Shown one piece after another: positions 50,001 to 63,556 of a stretch of 64,000 nucleotides of DNA. The DNA is taken from the NCBI GenBank assembly GCA_951406725.2, contig OX597815.1:189596001-189660000 (forward strand), written 5' to 3'. The first letter of the stretch is position 1. The number at the start of each line of letters is the position of its first letter. The position numbers and the translations under genes are program-made. The stretch is from Octopus vulgaris (taxonomy: Eukaryota). The notes below the pieces were generated by a model. It saw only the letters and a program-made list of their open reading frames with translations. It searched no databases and had not been told where the DNA came from.

Positions 50001-50759
50001 ATATACAGAAAGATAGGAAAAGAAAATAATAACAATAACAATAATAATAATTATTATTATTTTTGTAATTGGTACAAGGACATCAATTTTGAGGGGAAAG
50101 GGTTGGTCAATACCATGAATGCCAGGACTTGACTCCTACTTCATTTTATAGACCCTGAGAGAATGAAAAAGCAAAATTGATTTCACAAATATCTGAACTC
50201 AGAAGATGAAGAACTGGAACAGATAATACAAAACATTTTTCCCAAAGCAATAACGATTTCTGCCAGTGTGACTACTACATTAAAAGCTGTGATGCAACAG
50301 CACTTTTCTTTCATTTTGTCCATAAAACAGAATTTCAATGCTGGCACTGCATACTAAGCAAGCATGTAACTTTTAAAAAATATCTACTAAGTACAGAACA
50401 TTGTGTTTTGTGTCACGCAAGAGAGCTGCCATCAAAAAAACAGCCTCGTTGCTAAAAGTTAGGTGAAATATTCAAATTGCTTTTAAAAAGATGTGCTCAG
50501 AATATTTCCACCTCTTTTGTAGTCAGTGACCAACATTGCAGCAGCTTGCCATTTTTGTTTCGTTGAATGAAAAAGAAGTGATACACCAAGAAGAAGTACC
50601 ATCCATACAGTGACAAGAATGAGCTAAAGGAGATGGCCAATAGGTGGTCAATCGACTTACTATGAATGGTAGCCAGCTCTCCTCCAAAATACTTCCTACT
50701 GCCTTCGCTCTTTTGATGCCAACCTGCTTAAGAGCCTTTTGATACTAACCTGCCTTAGT

Positions 50760-50858
50760 TGTCATCGTCATCATCATCATCATCATCACCACCACCACCA
50801 TCGTCATCATCATCATAACCATCTTCATCATTATCATCATCATCAACATCCTCATCAC

Positions 50859-50891
<33 letters not shown>

Positions 50892-50919
50892 AACCATCTT
50901 CATCATCATCATAACCATC

Positions 50920-50954
<35 letters not shown>

Positions 50955-51130
50955 CATCATCCTCATCATCATCATCATCATCATTTAACGTCCATTTTCA
51001 ATGCTGAGGAGCTAGCAAGGCCAGGGGTTGCTCCAGGTTCCATAGTCTATTTTGACATAGTTTCTACAGCTGGTTGCCCCACTTTACAGAGTGTACTGGG
51101 TGCTTTTTACATAGCACCATCACCTGTGTT
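50760..51130 (-). mobile_element. Degenerate family B tail with an expanded ~225-bp (GAT)n tract
   Basis: (CAT)n at 50760-50985 abuts TTTAACGTCC, the family B 3' end in reverse. Confidence 0.65.
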
Positions 51131-51359
51131 GTTTTTGTTTCTTTTTTGCATGGCACCAGAACCCACACCAATTCTTTTGACATGGAACTTTCATTTTAGG
51201 TGATCTAGCTGATCTAAATAAAATCTTGCATCAAAATTTCATGTTAAATTATGTTTCAAAGACCGGCACAATGTTATTTTACTAGATTCTTTATTATTTC
51301 AAAATGAAATGAAACAAAAGCCTTATATTCCATGAGCAATATGGTAATGAAAGGTTTAA

Positions 51360-51710
51360 TCATCATCATCATTGTCATCATCATCATCATCATCGTTTAA
51401 CGTCCGCTTTCCATGCTAGCATGGGTTGGATGATTTGACTGAGGTCTGGCAAACCAGATGGCTGTACCAGACTCCACTCTGATCTAGCAGAGTTTCTACA
51501 GCTGGATGCCCTTCCTAATGCCAACCACTCTGAGAGTGTAGTGGGTGCTTTTACGTGCCACTGGCATGAGGGCCAGTCAGGCAGTACTGGTAACAGCCAC
51601 AGTCAAATGGTGCTTTTTATGTGCCACCTGCAAAGGAGCCAGTCCAGCAGCACTGGCAACGACCTCGCTCGAATGTTTTTTCACATGCCACCAGCACAAG
51701 TGCCAGTAAA
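51360..51710 (-). mobile_element. Family B retroposon
   Basis: Reverse tail plus three internal units. Confidence 0.8.
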
Positions 51711-52166
51711 GTGAAGATAAGTACTAGGCTTACAAAGAATAAGTCCTGGGGGCGAATTGCTCAACTAAAGGTGGTGCTCCAGCATGGTGAAAGATGAGAT
51801 CTAAAACAATGAGAGTGTTGCTTGGAGGTTGTCATGGCGGGAGTTGCTGCTGCTGTTATTGGGGTGAAGGAAAATATATTTCTTGGGCTGTGGGAAGAAA
51901 TGACTGACAACACCCATTAACAATTAACAGATATTTTATTACTACACGGAGTTTGAACTGTGTTGGTCTTTTACAAGTAATAACAGAGTTTACAACAAGT
52001 TTACTGACTGATATAACAATCTGTGGCTGGCCTAATCATAACTGGGAAATAATTGTGTTGTATTCGTGGTGACAAAAATTCCTGTCTGCTATCTGCCATC
52101 TGTCTTAATCTGTTGGATGTGGAGATAAGAATGGAGACACAATGTGTGGCTACCTCAACATTCTAC

Positions 52167-52582
52167 CTATTTCTTTACTACACACAAGGGGCTAAACACA
52201 GAGAGGACAAACAAGGACAGACAAACGGATTAAGTTGATTAGATCGACCCCAGTGCATGACTGGTACTTATTTAATCGACCCTGAAAGGATGAAAGGCAA
52301 AGTCGACCTTGGCAGAATTTGAACTCAGAACGTAAAGACAGATGAAATACCTATTTCTTTACTACCCATAAGGGGCTAAACACAGAGAGGACAAACAAGG
52401 ACAGACAAAGGGATTAAGTTGATTTTATCGACCCCAGTGCATAACTGGTACTTATTTAATCGACCCTGAAAGGATGAAAGGCAAAGTCGACCTCGGCGGA
52501 ATTTGAACTCACAATGTAGCGGTAGACAAAATACTGCTAGGCATTTCACCCAGCGTGCTAACGTTTCTGCCAGCTTGCCGCC
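52167..52582 (-). mobile_element. Family D SINE dimer (one head, two bodies)
   Basis: Junction GAAATACCTATTTC, as in the 37-38 kb array. Confidence 0.85.
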
Positions 52583-54306
52583 TATCCTCAACATTCTACT
52601 ATTACCACCAAAACCCACCTTTGTACCAGAGAAATTTCTACAAAATTGAATCATGTGACGGTTTGATGCTGATTGGTTACTTAATAAACCAATCATATGA
52701 AACTACTGTGGTTTGATCGTGATGTCTGCCCAACTACCATATAGTTCAGTTTTGAATCACCACTACAAGACCAACGTTTCATGAAACTGTCACTTATTAC
52801 AAAAATAGAGTTAAAAGAAGGAAGATTATTTTCTTTTGAATAGCTTTTACAGAAAAAAAAAAAACAGAAAGAAAAATATTCCCAACTTAATATCTGAAGG
52901 ATTTCTGATTTCATTTTTTTTTAAATGGGCTAAATCTGGCTAAATATAACCAATGTTAAAAGCAAGAGATTGACTAGCAGGTATATACACAGGAAAAAAA
53001 TTGAAAAGAATTGATAGATGATAGAATAGTTGTAGCTAATGGAATGAAGATTGAGAGAGAATTATTAGAACTGACAGATATGATAAATAAAGTGAGGAGA
53101 GGAATAGTTCTGAGACTCCTCTGTACAACAAGGAGGTTTGCATGCCAAACTTTGTCAAAACATTATTAATATCAAAAGCTATGAATATGCTTTCATTATA
53201 GTCTTTGAAAGCATTTACGTATTACACAGAAAAGTAAGACACCAGGGGATCTGACTTTATGAAAGCTGTACTGATGGTTGCTATGGTTACTTTTTGAAAA
53301 GCTATATACTAATAGTTGCTATGGGTTGTTTTATCTATCTTGAAATAATTTGCAATTCTTAAATGAATAACGAAAGCATATTAGATTGAGCTGTTGTTTA
53401 GCCCTAGGTTGACCCCCATGAAGCAGGCTTACACTCAAATGTATTCCAGCCATGACCATCTCATCAGTTTCTATTCAAGGGTTACATTCTTCAATGATTT
53501 TTTTTTCTTGTTTAAGACAGTAGTATATGATTTGAATGAGATTTAGTTGCTGTTTCTTGCATGTCAAATAAACAAGTAGAAGGATGAAATAAACAGGCAA
53601 TCCCTCATGTAAGATCAAAATAAAATTCAAACAGAAACCAGAATAACAATATAAAATGCAGACACAAATGTCTTTTAATTTTCTAAAGAAGAACATAATA
53701 ATGCATCAAATATGTATAATTACATTGATTTTTAGGTATAAAACATGTCCTATTAAATATCATTTAATGTACACAGAATAAAGATAAGAGCTACTAATAG
53801 TTTCATGCTGTGAAGGCCTGTGTCTTGGCAGGGTTTTATAACTCAGCTTGTGTCTCTAAGCAATCTTCGAGCTCTGAGCTCATGGTCTATTCAATCTACA
53901 AATTAGAATACTGGTAAAAGAGAAATCACAAGAAAAAATGAGAAGGTAGATGCAAAAAGTGGAAGGGTGAATAAAAATGGAAAAAGAAAAAGATTAGAGT
54001 TATGTCCTCTCTGACCATAAGCCATAATTAAGCTGGTTGTCATGGAATAATTCAATAGAAAGAAGTCCAAAGTCTGTGTAACTTGAAAGTAAGAAACTAT
54101 CAATAGCTTGTATCTTTGTACTTTGTGCATTAATTGAGATTTAACTCTCACTAGATGGAGTGCATTTTTTGTTGATCTTAATGTAATGGAGCAGTAAGCT
54201 CATTATATAAAATATTTAATTGCAGGATAACATTTAAGAATAGTTTTAATTACCTTTCCTACTGGTTAACAAAAAAACACAACTCTTACAAAATAGATCA
54301 AGCATA

Positions 54307-54729
54307 GGCGCAGGAGCGGCTGTGTGGTAAGTAGCTTGCTAACCAACCACATGGTTCCGGGTTCAGTCCCACTGCGTGGCATCTTGGGCAAGTGTCTTCT
54401 GTCATAGCTCCAGGCCGGCCAATGCCTTGTGAGTGGATTTCGTAGATGGAAACTGAAAGAAGCCTGTCGTATATATGTCTATATATATATATATAAGTGT
54501 GTGTGTATCTGTTTGTGTGTCTGTGTTTGTCCCCCTAGCATTGCTTGACAACCGATGCTGGTGTGTTTACGTCCCCGTCACTTGGCAGTTCGGCAAAAGA
54601 GACCGATAGAATAAGTACTGGGCTTACAAAGAATAAGTCCCAGGGTCGATTTGCTCGACTAAAGGCGGTGCTCCAGCATGGCTGCAGTCAAATGACTGAA
54701 ACAAGTAAAAGAGTAAAAGAGTAAAGAGT
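54307..54729 (+). mobile_element. Family A SINE, full length
   Basis: Family A head, CORE-like block and tail. Confidence 0.92.
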
Positions 54730-54844
54730 ATCATATACAAGGCTCCAATTTTGACATTAAAAAAATGCAGAGAAATTAAAAGTAAAAAAATGTAAAAAAC
54801 ACAGAAATGATAAATATTATAAATAAACTCAATATTTATACTTG

Positions 54845-55270
54845 GTTGTCTGAGTCACTTTGTGAAATGGAGGAATGAATCAATGTTAATGGTTACATAG
54901 TAAAGCTCATTCCTACTGAGAATGGTGTCAAGCAAGGTGATATCCTTGCACCAACTCTCTTTCCCTAGTATTTTGCTGTTTCTCTCACTCATTCTCTTGT
55001 CATGCATCACTCTTCTGGGGGTATATGTAAGGTGGCATTCTTCAGGTTGTCTCTTCAACTTGCGTTGAGTTGCTGCCAGTGCAAAACCTTGTCAATCTCT
55101 TATTTGCGACCTCTTTATGCGGATGATTGCAAATTAGTTGCTGAAACACTTAAAGATATGCAAATTTTCATGGATCATATTTCTGCATCTTGCAAGGCAT
55201 TTGAACTCAGCATCGGCCTGGGTAAAACTGTTACAGTCTTCTAGCCTGCACCAGGGTGGCACTTTTCATC
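54845..55270 (+). mobile_element. Degenerate RTE-type reverse transcriptase fragment
   Basis: NGVKQGDILAPTLF and LYADDCKLVAET...FELSIGLGKT motifs with stops and frameshifts. Confidence 0.75.
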
Positions 55271-55273
55271 CTG

Positions 55274-55341
<68 letters not shown>

Positions 55342-55916
55342 ACAATTTAACAAATAAAACATATGCATACATACATACATATATGTACATACCTACATCT
55401 ATATGTATATATACATGCATATGTATATATATATATATATGAGTACAGGACACTACAAATAAATGTAGAACACAACGAGAAACAAAAACATAAAAACAAA
55501 CAAGAAACGGACTTTTTTTAACAACGAAAAAACAGAGTACAAGACAAACAATACAAGGAATATTCCCCTTCATCAGCTGCCCCTGTTTCGACTCAATGCG
55601 TGTTTCGAAGGTAAGGGTAGAACACAATCCAGCCGAAGCAGTCCTTCCTGCAAAATGAATTAAATAAAATTCTTTTGCAGAGGGGTAAAAAAAGAAAAAA
55701 GTGACAAGGACAGGACGTAAAAGCAATACAAATAAAAATACAGTACACATAAAGAATAAAAACAGGACAAGGAAACCAACAAGTTGATGTTGAGTTGTTG
55801 AAATCTGTGAGCGAAAGGAAGTTTAGTAGTCTGGTCAGCGGCCAGAGAGAGGAGGAATTAGAGAGAGGAGGAGGAGTGAGAGAGAGACAGATAGAGAGGA
55901 AAAAAAACAATAGCGT

Positions 55917-56070
55917 TGTTTCAGTTTCTGTCTACCAAATCCACTCACAAGGCTTTGGTCAGCCTGAGGCTATAATAGAAGACACTTGCCCAAGGTGCCA
56001 CGCAGTGGGACTGAACCCTGGAAACATGGTTGGAAAGCAAGCTTCTTACCCACACAACCACTCCTGCCCC
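55917..56070 (-). mobile_element. Family A SINE, 5' half
   Basis: Reverse-complement head and CORE-like block. Confidence 0.8.
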
Positions 56071-56669
56071 TATGAATATTTTTGGGAAAATCTTTTTGTT
56101 CCTTATCAGTCATAAAACACAGCTCATCCATCCAAACAGCCAGACGGACATTAATTGTCACTTAATCCAAAAACTGAAAGAAAAAAATAAAGGGAAAAAA
56201 AAATAAACAAAAAAAACATCCACAATGAATAAATAAATAAGTAAATAAATAAAACAAGAAAACAATTCATGTAAACAAACTTTTATCATTTATAGCATTT
56301 CGCTCTTTGCCAGACCAATGCATTCGAATATGAATGAGTTACCAAATGGAGTTTTATAGCATCAAATGGATGCCATTCATTAGAGTCCATTAATTGGAAC
56401 CATTATCAAGATTCCTATACCATTCAATTTCATCTGTCAAGGAAAAGATATATATATACACCTCCCAACTCTCATTCCATCTATGTAATGTTTCTAGAAA
56501 TTAATGAATTGGTGTCTTCGGTTTTTTTTTGTTTGTTTCTTTTTAAATTTATTTTATTTCATTTTATTTTATTTTATTTTCATTTCATTTTGACTTTAAG
56601 ACCAGGTCTGAATTCTATTCAAATGTTAGTTTGAGAATTTTCTTTGAGAATGTTAAAAAAGAAAAAATA

Positions 56670-56831
56670 GGCGTAGGAGTGGCTGTGTGGTAAGTAGCTT
56701 GCTTACAAACTACATGGTTCCGAGCTCAGTCTCACTGTTTGGCACCTTGGGCAAGTGTCTTCTACTATAGCCTTGGGCTGACCAAAGCCATGTGAGTGGA
56801 TTTGGTAGATGGAAACTGAAAGAAGCCTGTC

Positions 56832-56836
<5 letters not shown>
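56670..56836 (+). mobile_element. Family A SINE, 5' half
   Basis: Head and CORE-like block ending in (TA)n. Confidence 0.85.
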
Positions 56837-56922
<86 letters not shown>

Positions 56923-56925
<3 letters not shown>

Positions 56926-57376
56926 GGGTGGGGTAAAAGTGCATAGACAGTAAGTATCTCATCAATGTCAAGATACTTAATTCATTAACATTATTAGCAC
57001 ATTAAATTAATTAGCCTATTTTTGATATTTTTGGTGTTATTAATCACAATAATACATTTATTATAACTATAATATATTTCTTTACTGCCCACAAGGGGCT
57101 AAACATAGAGGGGACAAACGGATTAAGTCGATTACATCGACCCCAGTGGGAAACTGGTACTTTATTTATCGACTCTGAAAGGATGAAAGGCAAAGTCGAC
57201 CTCGGCGGAATTTGAACTCAGAACGTAACGGCAGACGAAATACGGCTACGCATTTCGCCATATTTCGTCATAATAATACGTTTATCGTAACTTTTAATTC
57301 TTTTGATAAAAATGAATGAGAATTGTACACGTTTTCTGTTTTTTCACAACTGTATACCTAGTTTTGCATCACCCTG
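56923..57376. mobile_element. Tc1/mariner-type MITE with a nested family D SINE (57073-57259, minus strand)
   Basis: TA-CAGGGGTGGGGTAAAAGTGCATAGACAGT ... ACTGTATACCTAGTTTTGCATCACCCTG-TA imperfect TIRs with TA duplication. Confidence 0.6.
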
Positions 57377-57787
57377 TATATCTGGCCATAGAAAATCTAC
57401 CCAACAAATTACTGTTGATTCATGCAAGCATGGAAATGTGGATGCTTAAACAAAAGGATGATGATGGTTATAATGATGATGATGAGGATGATGATGATGA
57501 TGATGATGGTTATAATGATGACGATGATGATGATGCTGATGACGAGAGTAACAATGATGATGATGATGAGGATGTGATGATGATTATGAGGTGCTTTCCC
57601 CCACAAACACAGATGGGTTTATTACAAGAAACATCTAGCATGGTCATGGCCATGTGGTTAAAGAAGTCAGCTTCACAACCACATGTTTCTGGCTTCAATC
57701 TCAGCACTGGGCACCATGGGTAAGCATCTTCTATCACAACCCCAAGTCAATCAATTTCTTTGAGCAAAATATTTAGTATTACCATAT

Positions 57788-57960
57788 TTTACAGTTCTAT
57801 ATTTAAGAGATGAGGAATTATGTACATTATTTACATTTGACGGATATTTGTCCTCATCTTGTTTGTTGTTAACTACGCCATACGCCCATGGGCATATGGC
57901 ATAGTGGTTAAGAGTGCAGGCTACTAACCCCAAGATTCCGAGTTCAATTCCAGGCAGTGA

Positions 57961-58002
<42 letters not shown>

Positions 58003-58157
58003 CAACAACAATATCGAAAAATACCTCAGGAATGAGAACCCAGGTTCAAAATTTCCCCAAGACACCTAATAAAGGCTGGAGGGTATATCAACCGAAACCT
58101 TGTGTTAACAACAAACAAGATGAGGACAAATATTTTTCGAATGTAAATAATGTAAAT
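57788..58157 (+). mobile_element. Family E SINE (57890-58157) preceded by an inverted, internally deleted copy (57788-57887)
   Basis: A-box TGGCATAGTGG, tRNA-Ser-like loop GGCTACTAACC, B-box GAGTTCAATTCC, (AAT)n, degenerate hammerhead at 58061-58106. Confidence 0.78.
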
Positions 58158-58159
58158 TA

Positions 58160-58347
58160 CAGTATTTTAACGTGTATAAGGAATCCTTTTTTGTCAAAAA
58201 TTAGGTTAAAAAAATATGGGAATTTCTTATACATGGATAATACAAAACCATTTTTCCAAATGTTAAGTCCCCCCCCCCAAATTAGGGAGTCCCTTATACA
58301 CGAGGTTTCCTTATACACGAGGGTTCTTTATACACGTTAAAATATGG
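58160..58347. mobile_element. 188-bp Tc2/pogo-like MITE
   Basis: TA-CAGTATTTTAACGTGTATAA ... TTATACACGTTAAAATATGG-TA with subterminal TTATACACG repeats; inserted in the family E tail. Confidence 0.75.
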
Positions 58348-58778
58348 TAATTCCTATTATAGGCATTGAATTTAAGTATGATGCTTGAATATGTTATATA
58401 GCACTAGAATAACTTATCTGCTTTGGGTTAAGTGACTATGAAAATTATCTGTGATCCTTGTGTGAAATGTGGTCAGCCAGTACAGTTAGTTTACACCAGT
58501 AAAATGTTTATATAGACTAAATTTGGCAAGAGGTGATGGCAGTATCTCTTTGGTGTAATCTGTAAGTTGATAGATACGAGATTAAAGCCTCGTGGGAGAG
58601 ACTTCACTCATTTAGAGGGCCATTTTATTGTCTGTAAATATATTATGTAATTTATATTTATGAACTTAAGCATCAATGTTTAACTAGTAATTATTATATA
58701 TATATATATATTTCTCTCTTTATTTTCTCTTCTTTATTTTCTCTTCTTTATTTTCTTTTTTTATTTTCTCTCCTTGTT

Positions 58779-58816
58779 TCTTTCTGTGGAAGAGCGCAGG
58801 CTCAAAACATTAAAGA
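58779..58816 (+). ncRNA. Degenerate minimal hammerhead motif
   Basis: TCTTT-CTGTGGA-A-GAGC GCAG GCTC-AAAAC-ATT-AAAGA: stems I and II pair but core bases are mutated; same layout as 16069-16103. Confidence 0.35.
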
Positions 58817-58894
58817 CTTTTTCACTTCCCGATTGTAGTACTAATACATCTGTTTGTTGTCTACACCACCTGTCTTCATCTTTTGTTTTTTTTG

Positions 58895-59072
58895 TTTAAT
58901 GTCCGCTTTCCGTGCTAGCATGGGTTGGACGATTTGACTGAGGACTGGCGAACCAGATGGCTGCATCAGGCTCTAATCTGATCTGGCAGAGTTTCTACAG
59001 CTGGATGCCCTTCCTAATGCCAACCACTCCGAAAGTGTAGTGGGTGCTTTTACGTGCTACCGGCACGAGGGC

Positions 59073-59075
<3 letters not shown>
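58895..59075 (-). mobile_element. Family B retroposon, tail part
   Basis: Reverse family B tail. Confidence 0.8.
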
Positions 59076-59127
<52 letters not shown>

Positions 59128-59849
59128 AGTGTATGTGTGTGTGTATCTGTATTAATACATCTAGGAGACAGTTCTTCATTGCTTTTGCTGGTGTTGTACA
59201 ATCACAATTTGCCTCTAATTAAGCAGACATATAAAAAAACATTCCATCAATGATCATTTAAAAATTTTTTTTTTATTCAGGCATAGTATATCCAGGACTA
59301 CATTATCTAATGCATCTTCATTTATGTGATGGTAGGGTACAATTTAAGGGAGATTTAGCAATTATTTCTAGCAAGAGAGGTGACCACATAAAGATGCCTA
59401 TTTTGGCTTTGTATGGTCTTATGATGTGTTCATATTAGGTTGTTAAATGAAAGAAAATAAAAAAATGAATAGTGGATAGGAATACCTCCATAACAAAAAA
59501 TCTTACACCCCTGTTAGTTATTTGATGAAAGCAGTTAGATGAAAGTGAAATGACACAAATTTAAATGTATAGATGACCCGAAGCAATAACTTTGACATTA
59601 ATTATCTCTATTCTTCTTTCATAAGAAGGGACGGCTGTGCTGTCTTTCCAAAAGATAATGTACAACAAACTACATTTTCTAGCTCAACAGAAAAGATCAA
59701 CTCAAAAGCAAGATAAACAATTTTTTGGAAGTCTGATAAGATGAGTTAATGATGTGAAATACTTGAATGGTATTTAATTCTACTTGCTTTCAGCCATCTA
59801 TATTGTTCATATTGGAAGCAACTATGTGAACAGATAAAGCTTTGTTTCC

Positions 59850-60385
<536 letters not shown>

Positions 60386-60809
60386 GTATATGTATTTATT
60401 CTATGATATGTAGACAGTTGCACTTCCCAACTTGATTAACTGAAATATAATCACATTATACTTCATTCCATTTATACTCCTATTATTTATTTTTTTTTTT
60501 AAACACTCCCACAAAGAAAACTAGGAAATAAATATTTGAATGCTACTTTGAAATGAATAGCAAAGAACATGGCTTGAAGCAAATGTAATAGCTGCTGGAA
60601 GCAGATGTTATAAATGTCTCTATTACTTCTATATTTCGTAATAAGAACAGTTTCCTTTATTGAGAAAATAATAATTATTTCCAATGTAGGCACAAGGCCC
60701 CAAAAATTTTGGGGTGATGGGGTATTTTATTGCAGTTGATCCCAGTATTTGGTCGGTAAGGATTTTTGTCAACCCTGGAAAGATGAACGGTGGGGTCAGC
60801 GTCTAAAAG

Positions 60810-60969
60810 TGTAGTGTGGACGCCCCACCAGGCGATGAAGTAGGCTAGCCCAATGCATAGATATAGAGGAAGAAGTCTAGATGTCAAAGTAGTAGAGTCG
60901 AGAGGAGAGTGGAGTTGACAGTTGACTAGAGGTCATTTGAACTTGCGATATAACAGTGGCGACGAGGAT
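60810..60969 (+). mobile_element. Short Gypsy-like LTR (TGT...AACA, 146 bp) plus tRNA-Ser primer-binding site
   Basis: TGTAGTG...TATAACA, then after one base TGGCGACGAGGAT (60957-60969), complementary to the 3' end of tRNA-Ser(GCU) as in Mag-type Gypsy elements. Confidence 0.6.
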
Positions 60970-61274
60970 TTCGTAGCACACACAGCCACTGTGTAGTATT
61001 GCCACATAACAAAAAGATTGCAATTAAATACCGCAAGGCTTTTGTTTAATATTTTATCGATTCTACCGTTTCACCAAACTTGTAATATCACTAATAAGTA
61101 TAAAGCTGTAAGCTGGTAGAATTGTTAGTTGACCATTTAGTAGCACTTTGTCCACATTTATGTTCTGAGTTCAAACTCCACTGTGGTTGGCTTTAAGTAC
61201 CAGTTACGCATTAGAGTTGAAGTAATTGAGTGACTCCTTTCCCACAAATTGTTGACCTTGTGCCAAAATTTTGA

Positions 61275-61716
61275 AACCATCCGAATGTGGTCGATGCCAT
61301 GGCCACCTGACTGGCTCCTGTGCTGGTGGCATGAAAAAAGCACCATCCAAATGTGATTGATGCTGGGCCCACTTGACTGGCTCCTGTGCCAGTGGCATGT
61401 AAAAAGTAACATCCAAACATGGCCAATGCCAGTGTCCCTCGACTGGCTCCTGTGCCGGTGGCATGTAAAAAGCACCATCTGAACATGATTGATACTGGGC
61501 CCACTTGACTGGCTCCTGTGTTGGTGGCACATAAAAGGCACTCACTACACTCTTGGAGTAGCTGGCTTTAGGAATGGCATCCAGTTTAGAAACATTGCTA
61601 GATCAGATTGGAGCCTGGAGCAAACTTCTTGCTTTCCAGACCTTGATCAAACCGTCCAACCCATGCCAGCATGAAAAGTGGACGTTAAAAGATGATGATG
61701 ATGATGATGATGATGA
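61275..61716 (+). mobile_element. Family B retroposon with four 66-bp internal units
   Basis: GACTGGCTCCTGTG at 61309, 61375, 61441 and 61507; family tail and (GAT)n. Confidence 0.85.
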
Positions 61717-61734
61717 ATATTACTAACGTATATA

Positions 61735-61948
61735 AAGCAGTGAGCTGCTGGAATTGCTAGCATGCCAGGCAAAATATTTTGTAGAATTTCATCCATTTTT
61801 ATGTTCTGAGTTTGAATTTTGTCAACCCCGACTTTGCTTTTCATCCTGTCAGGGTCAATAAAATGAGTACCAGTTAAATACTGGGGTTGATATAGTTAAC
61901 TTACTTCTTTCCCTGAAATTACTAGCTTTGTGTCAAAATTTAAAGCCA
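61735..61948 (+). mobile_element. Older family D-related SINE
   Basis: Diverged head plus CTTTTCATCCTGTCAGGGTCAATAAAATGAGTACCAG core. Confidence 0.65.
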
Positions 61949-62000
61949 ATTTTACTAATAAATATAATAAATATTTTATAATCACAATATGTTTAAATTA

Positions 62001-62407
62001 CTGGGTGTTCAAAAAGTCTCTCTGCAGTATTTTATTGCAAAATAAATATTTATAAGATGGTATAAGATTACAAAAGGATATATTAGGCTTTACAAGACTT
62101 TAAAAAATTTTTTAAGAGGTGTTGAAAGTGATGTCCTTCATTTTCAGTACATACGTTGACTCTTCTACACATGCTTTGAGATACATCTTGGAGAGTCTGA
62201 TGCACTATGGACCGTGTGCAGGTTATGATTGCGTCTTTTAGCTCATTAATGGTTTTCAGGCAATTCTTGTACACTGATCCTTTACTTGCTCCCCAGAGAA
62301 AAAAGTCTGGCGGTGTTGAGCCAGGTGATCTTGGTGGCCAAAGTCCCTTCAAAATAATCTGTTCTCCAGAAAAAAATTCACTGCGGAGAGACTTTTTGAA
62401 CACCCTG
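62001..62407 (-). mobile_element. Internally deleted Tc1/mariner transposon retaining the transposase C-terminus
   Basis: 28-bp TIRs C(T/A)GGGTGTTCAAAAAGTCTCTC(T/C)GCAGT with TA on both sides; ORF contains WPPRSPGSTPPDFFLWG...K..VY...ELK..I...CRRV..C.ENEGHHFQHLL. Confidence 0.9.
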
Positions 62408-62714
62408 TATATCAAAATCTTTGTTTATCTCACAAACATAAAAAAAATTTAATTCCCAACCCTTACAAGTGGGGAAAATTTCAGATCCATGAAAGTATCT
62501 CCTAATATTAACTCCCCACCCCACCCACACTGATCTTAGATGTATACCCATAGTGCATCAAAAAGTTAAATTAGGTGTAGATAAATATCCCTTAATGAGC
62601 TCCCTGATGTTCAGAAGAACAGTGATTGCGTCTAGTTCCATAGCAACATTAAGTGGCTGTGAGGCAAATATTCTCCAAGAAACATTGTCAGTGCATTAAA
62701 GCTTACCACCACTA

Positions 62715-63132
<418 letters not shown>

Positions 63133-63556
63133 AACAGTAGATTTATTTATTAGCTATTGTCAACAGATATGTGACTTGGAGCATGTAGAATTTAATATCC
63201 TTCTCAGAGACACAACAAAATACTTTCTCCTTTTGTCATACTAATACTTCTATGTAATTCAGTCCTTTTAGTAATGCATTGCTTCCAAAATACACACACA
63301 CAAACACACAAACATACACAGGCACAAACATACACCATGCTCATACACATACACACATGCACTTAACACACACATATATAATTATATATTTAGTAACAAA
63401 CTGAGGAAAAGAGATCCTTCGAAGGGGTGTGTTAAACATCCATTTCACTGGTCCGTCAGTTGGATACCATATAAATATGGGTATAATGCAATTACACAGC
63501 TAAATTAAATTGAGAGATACTATTGGCAACCCAATTATTTATTTATATTATAATTA

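Noticed and set aside
55560-55622. Minus-strand GAAAC...GTC...GAAAC...CTGATGA-AGGGGAATATTCCTT as another hammerhead
   Set aside because: Core words are present, but no topology gives all three stems: GAAA is missing after the stem II hairpin and stem I does not pair in the permuted form. It may be a decayed Penelope-type end.
57890-57962. SINE heads (families A, C, D, E) as real tRNA genes
   Set aside because: A and B boxes are present, but the acceptor stems do not pair properly and each head runs into a repeat body.
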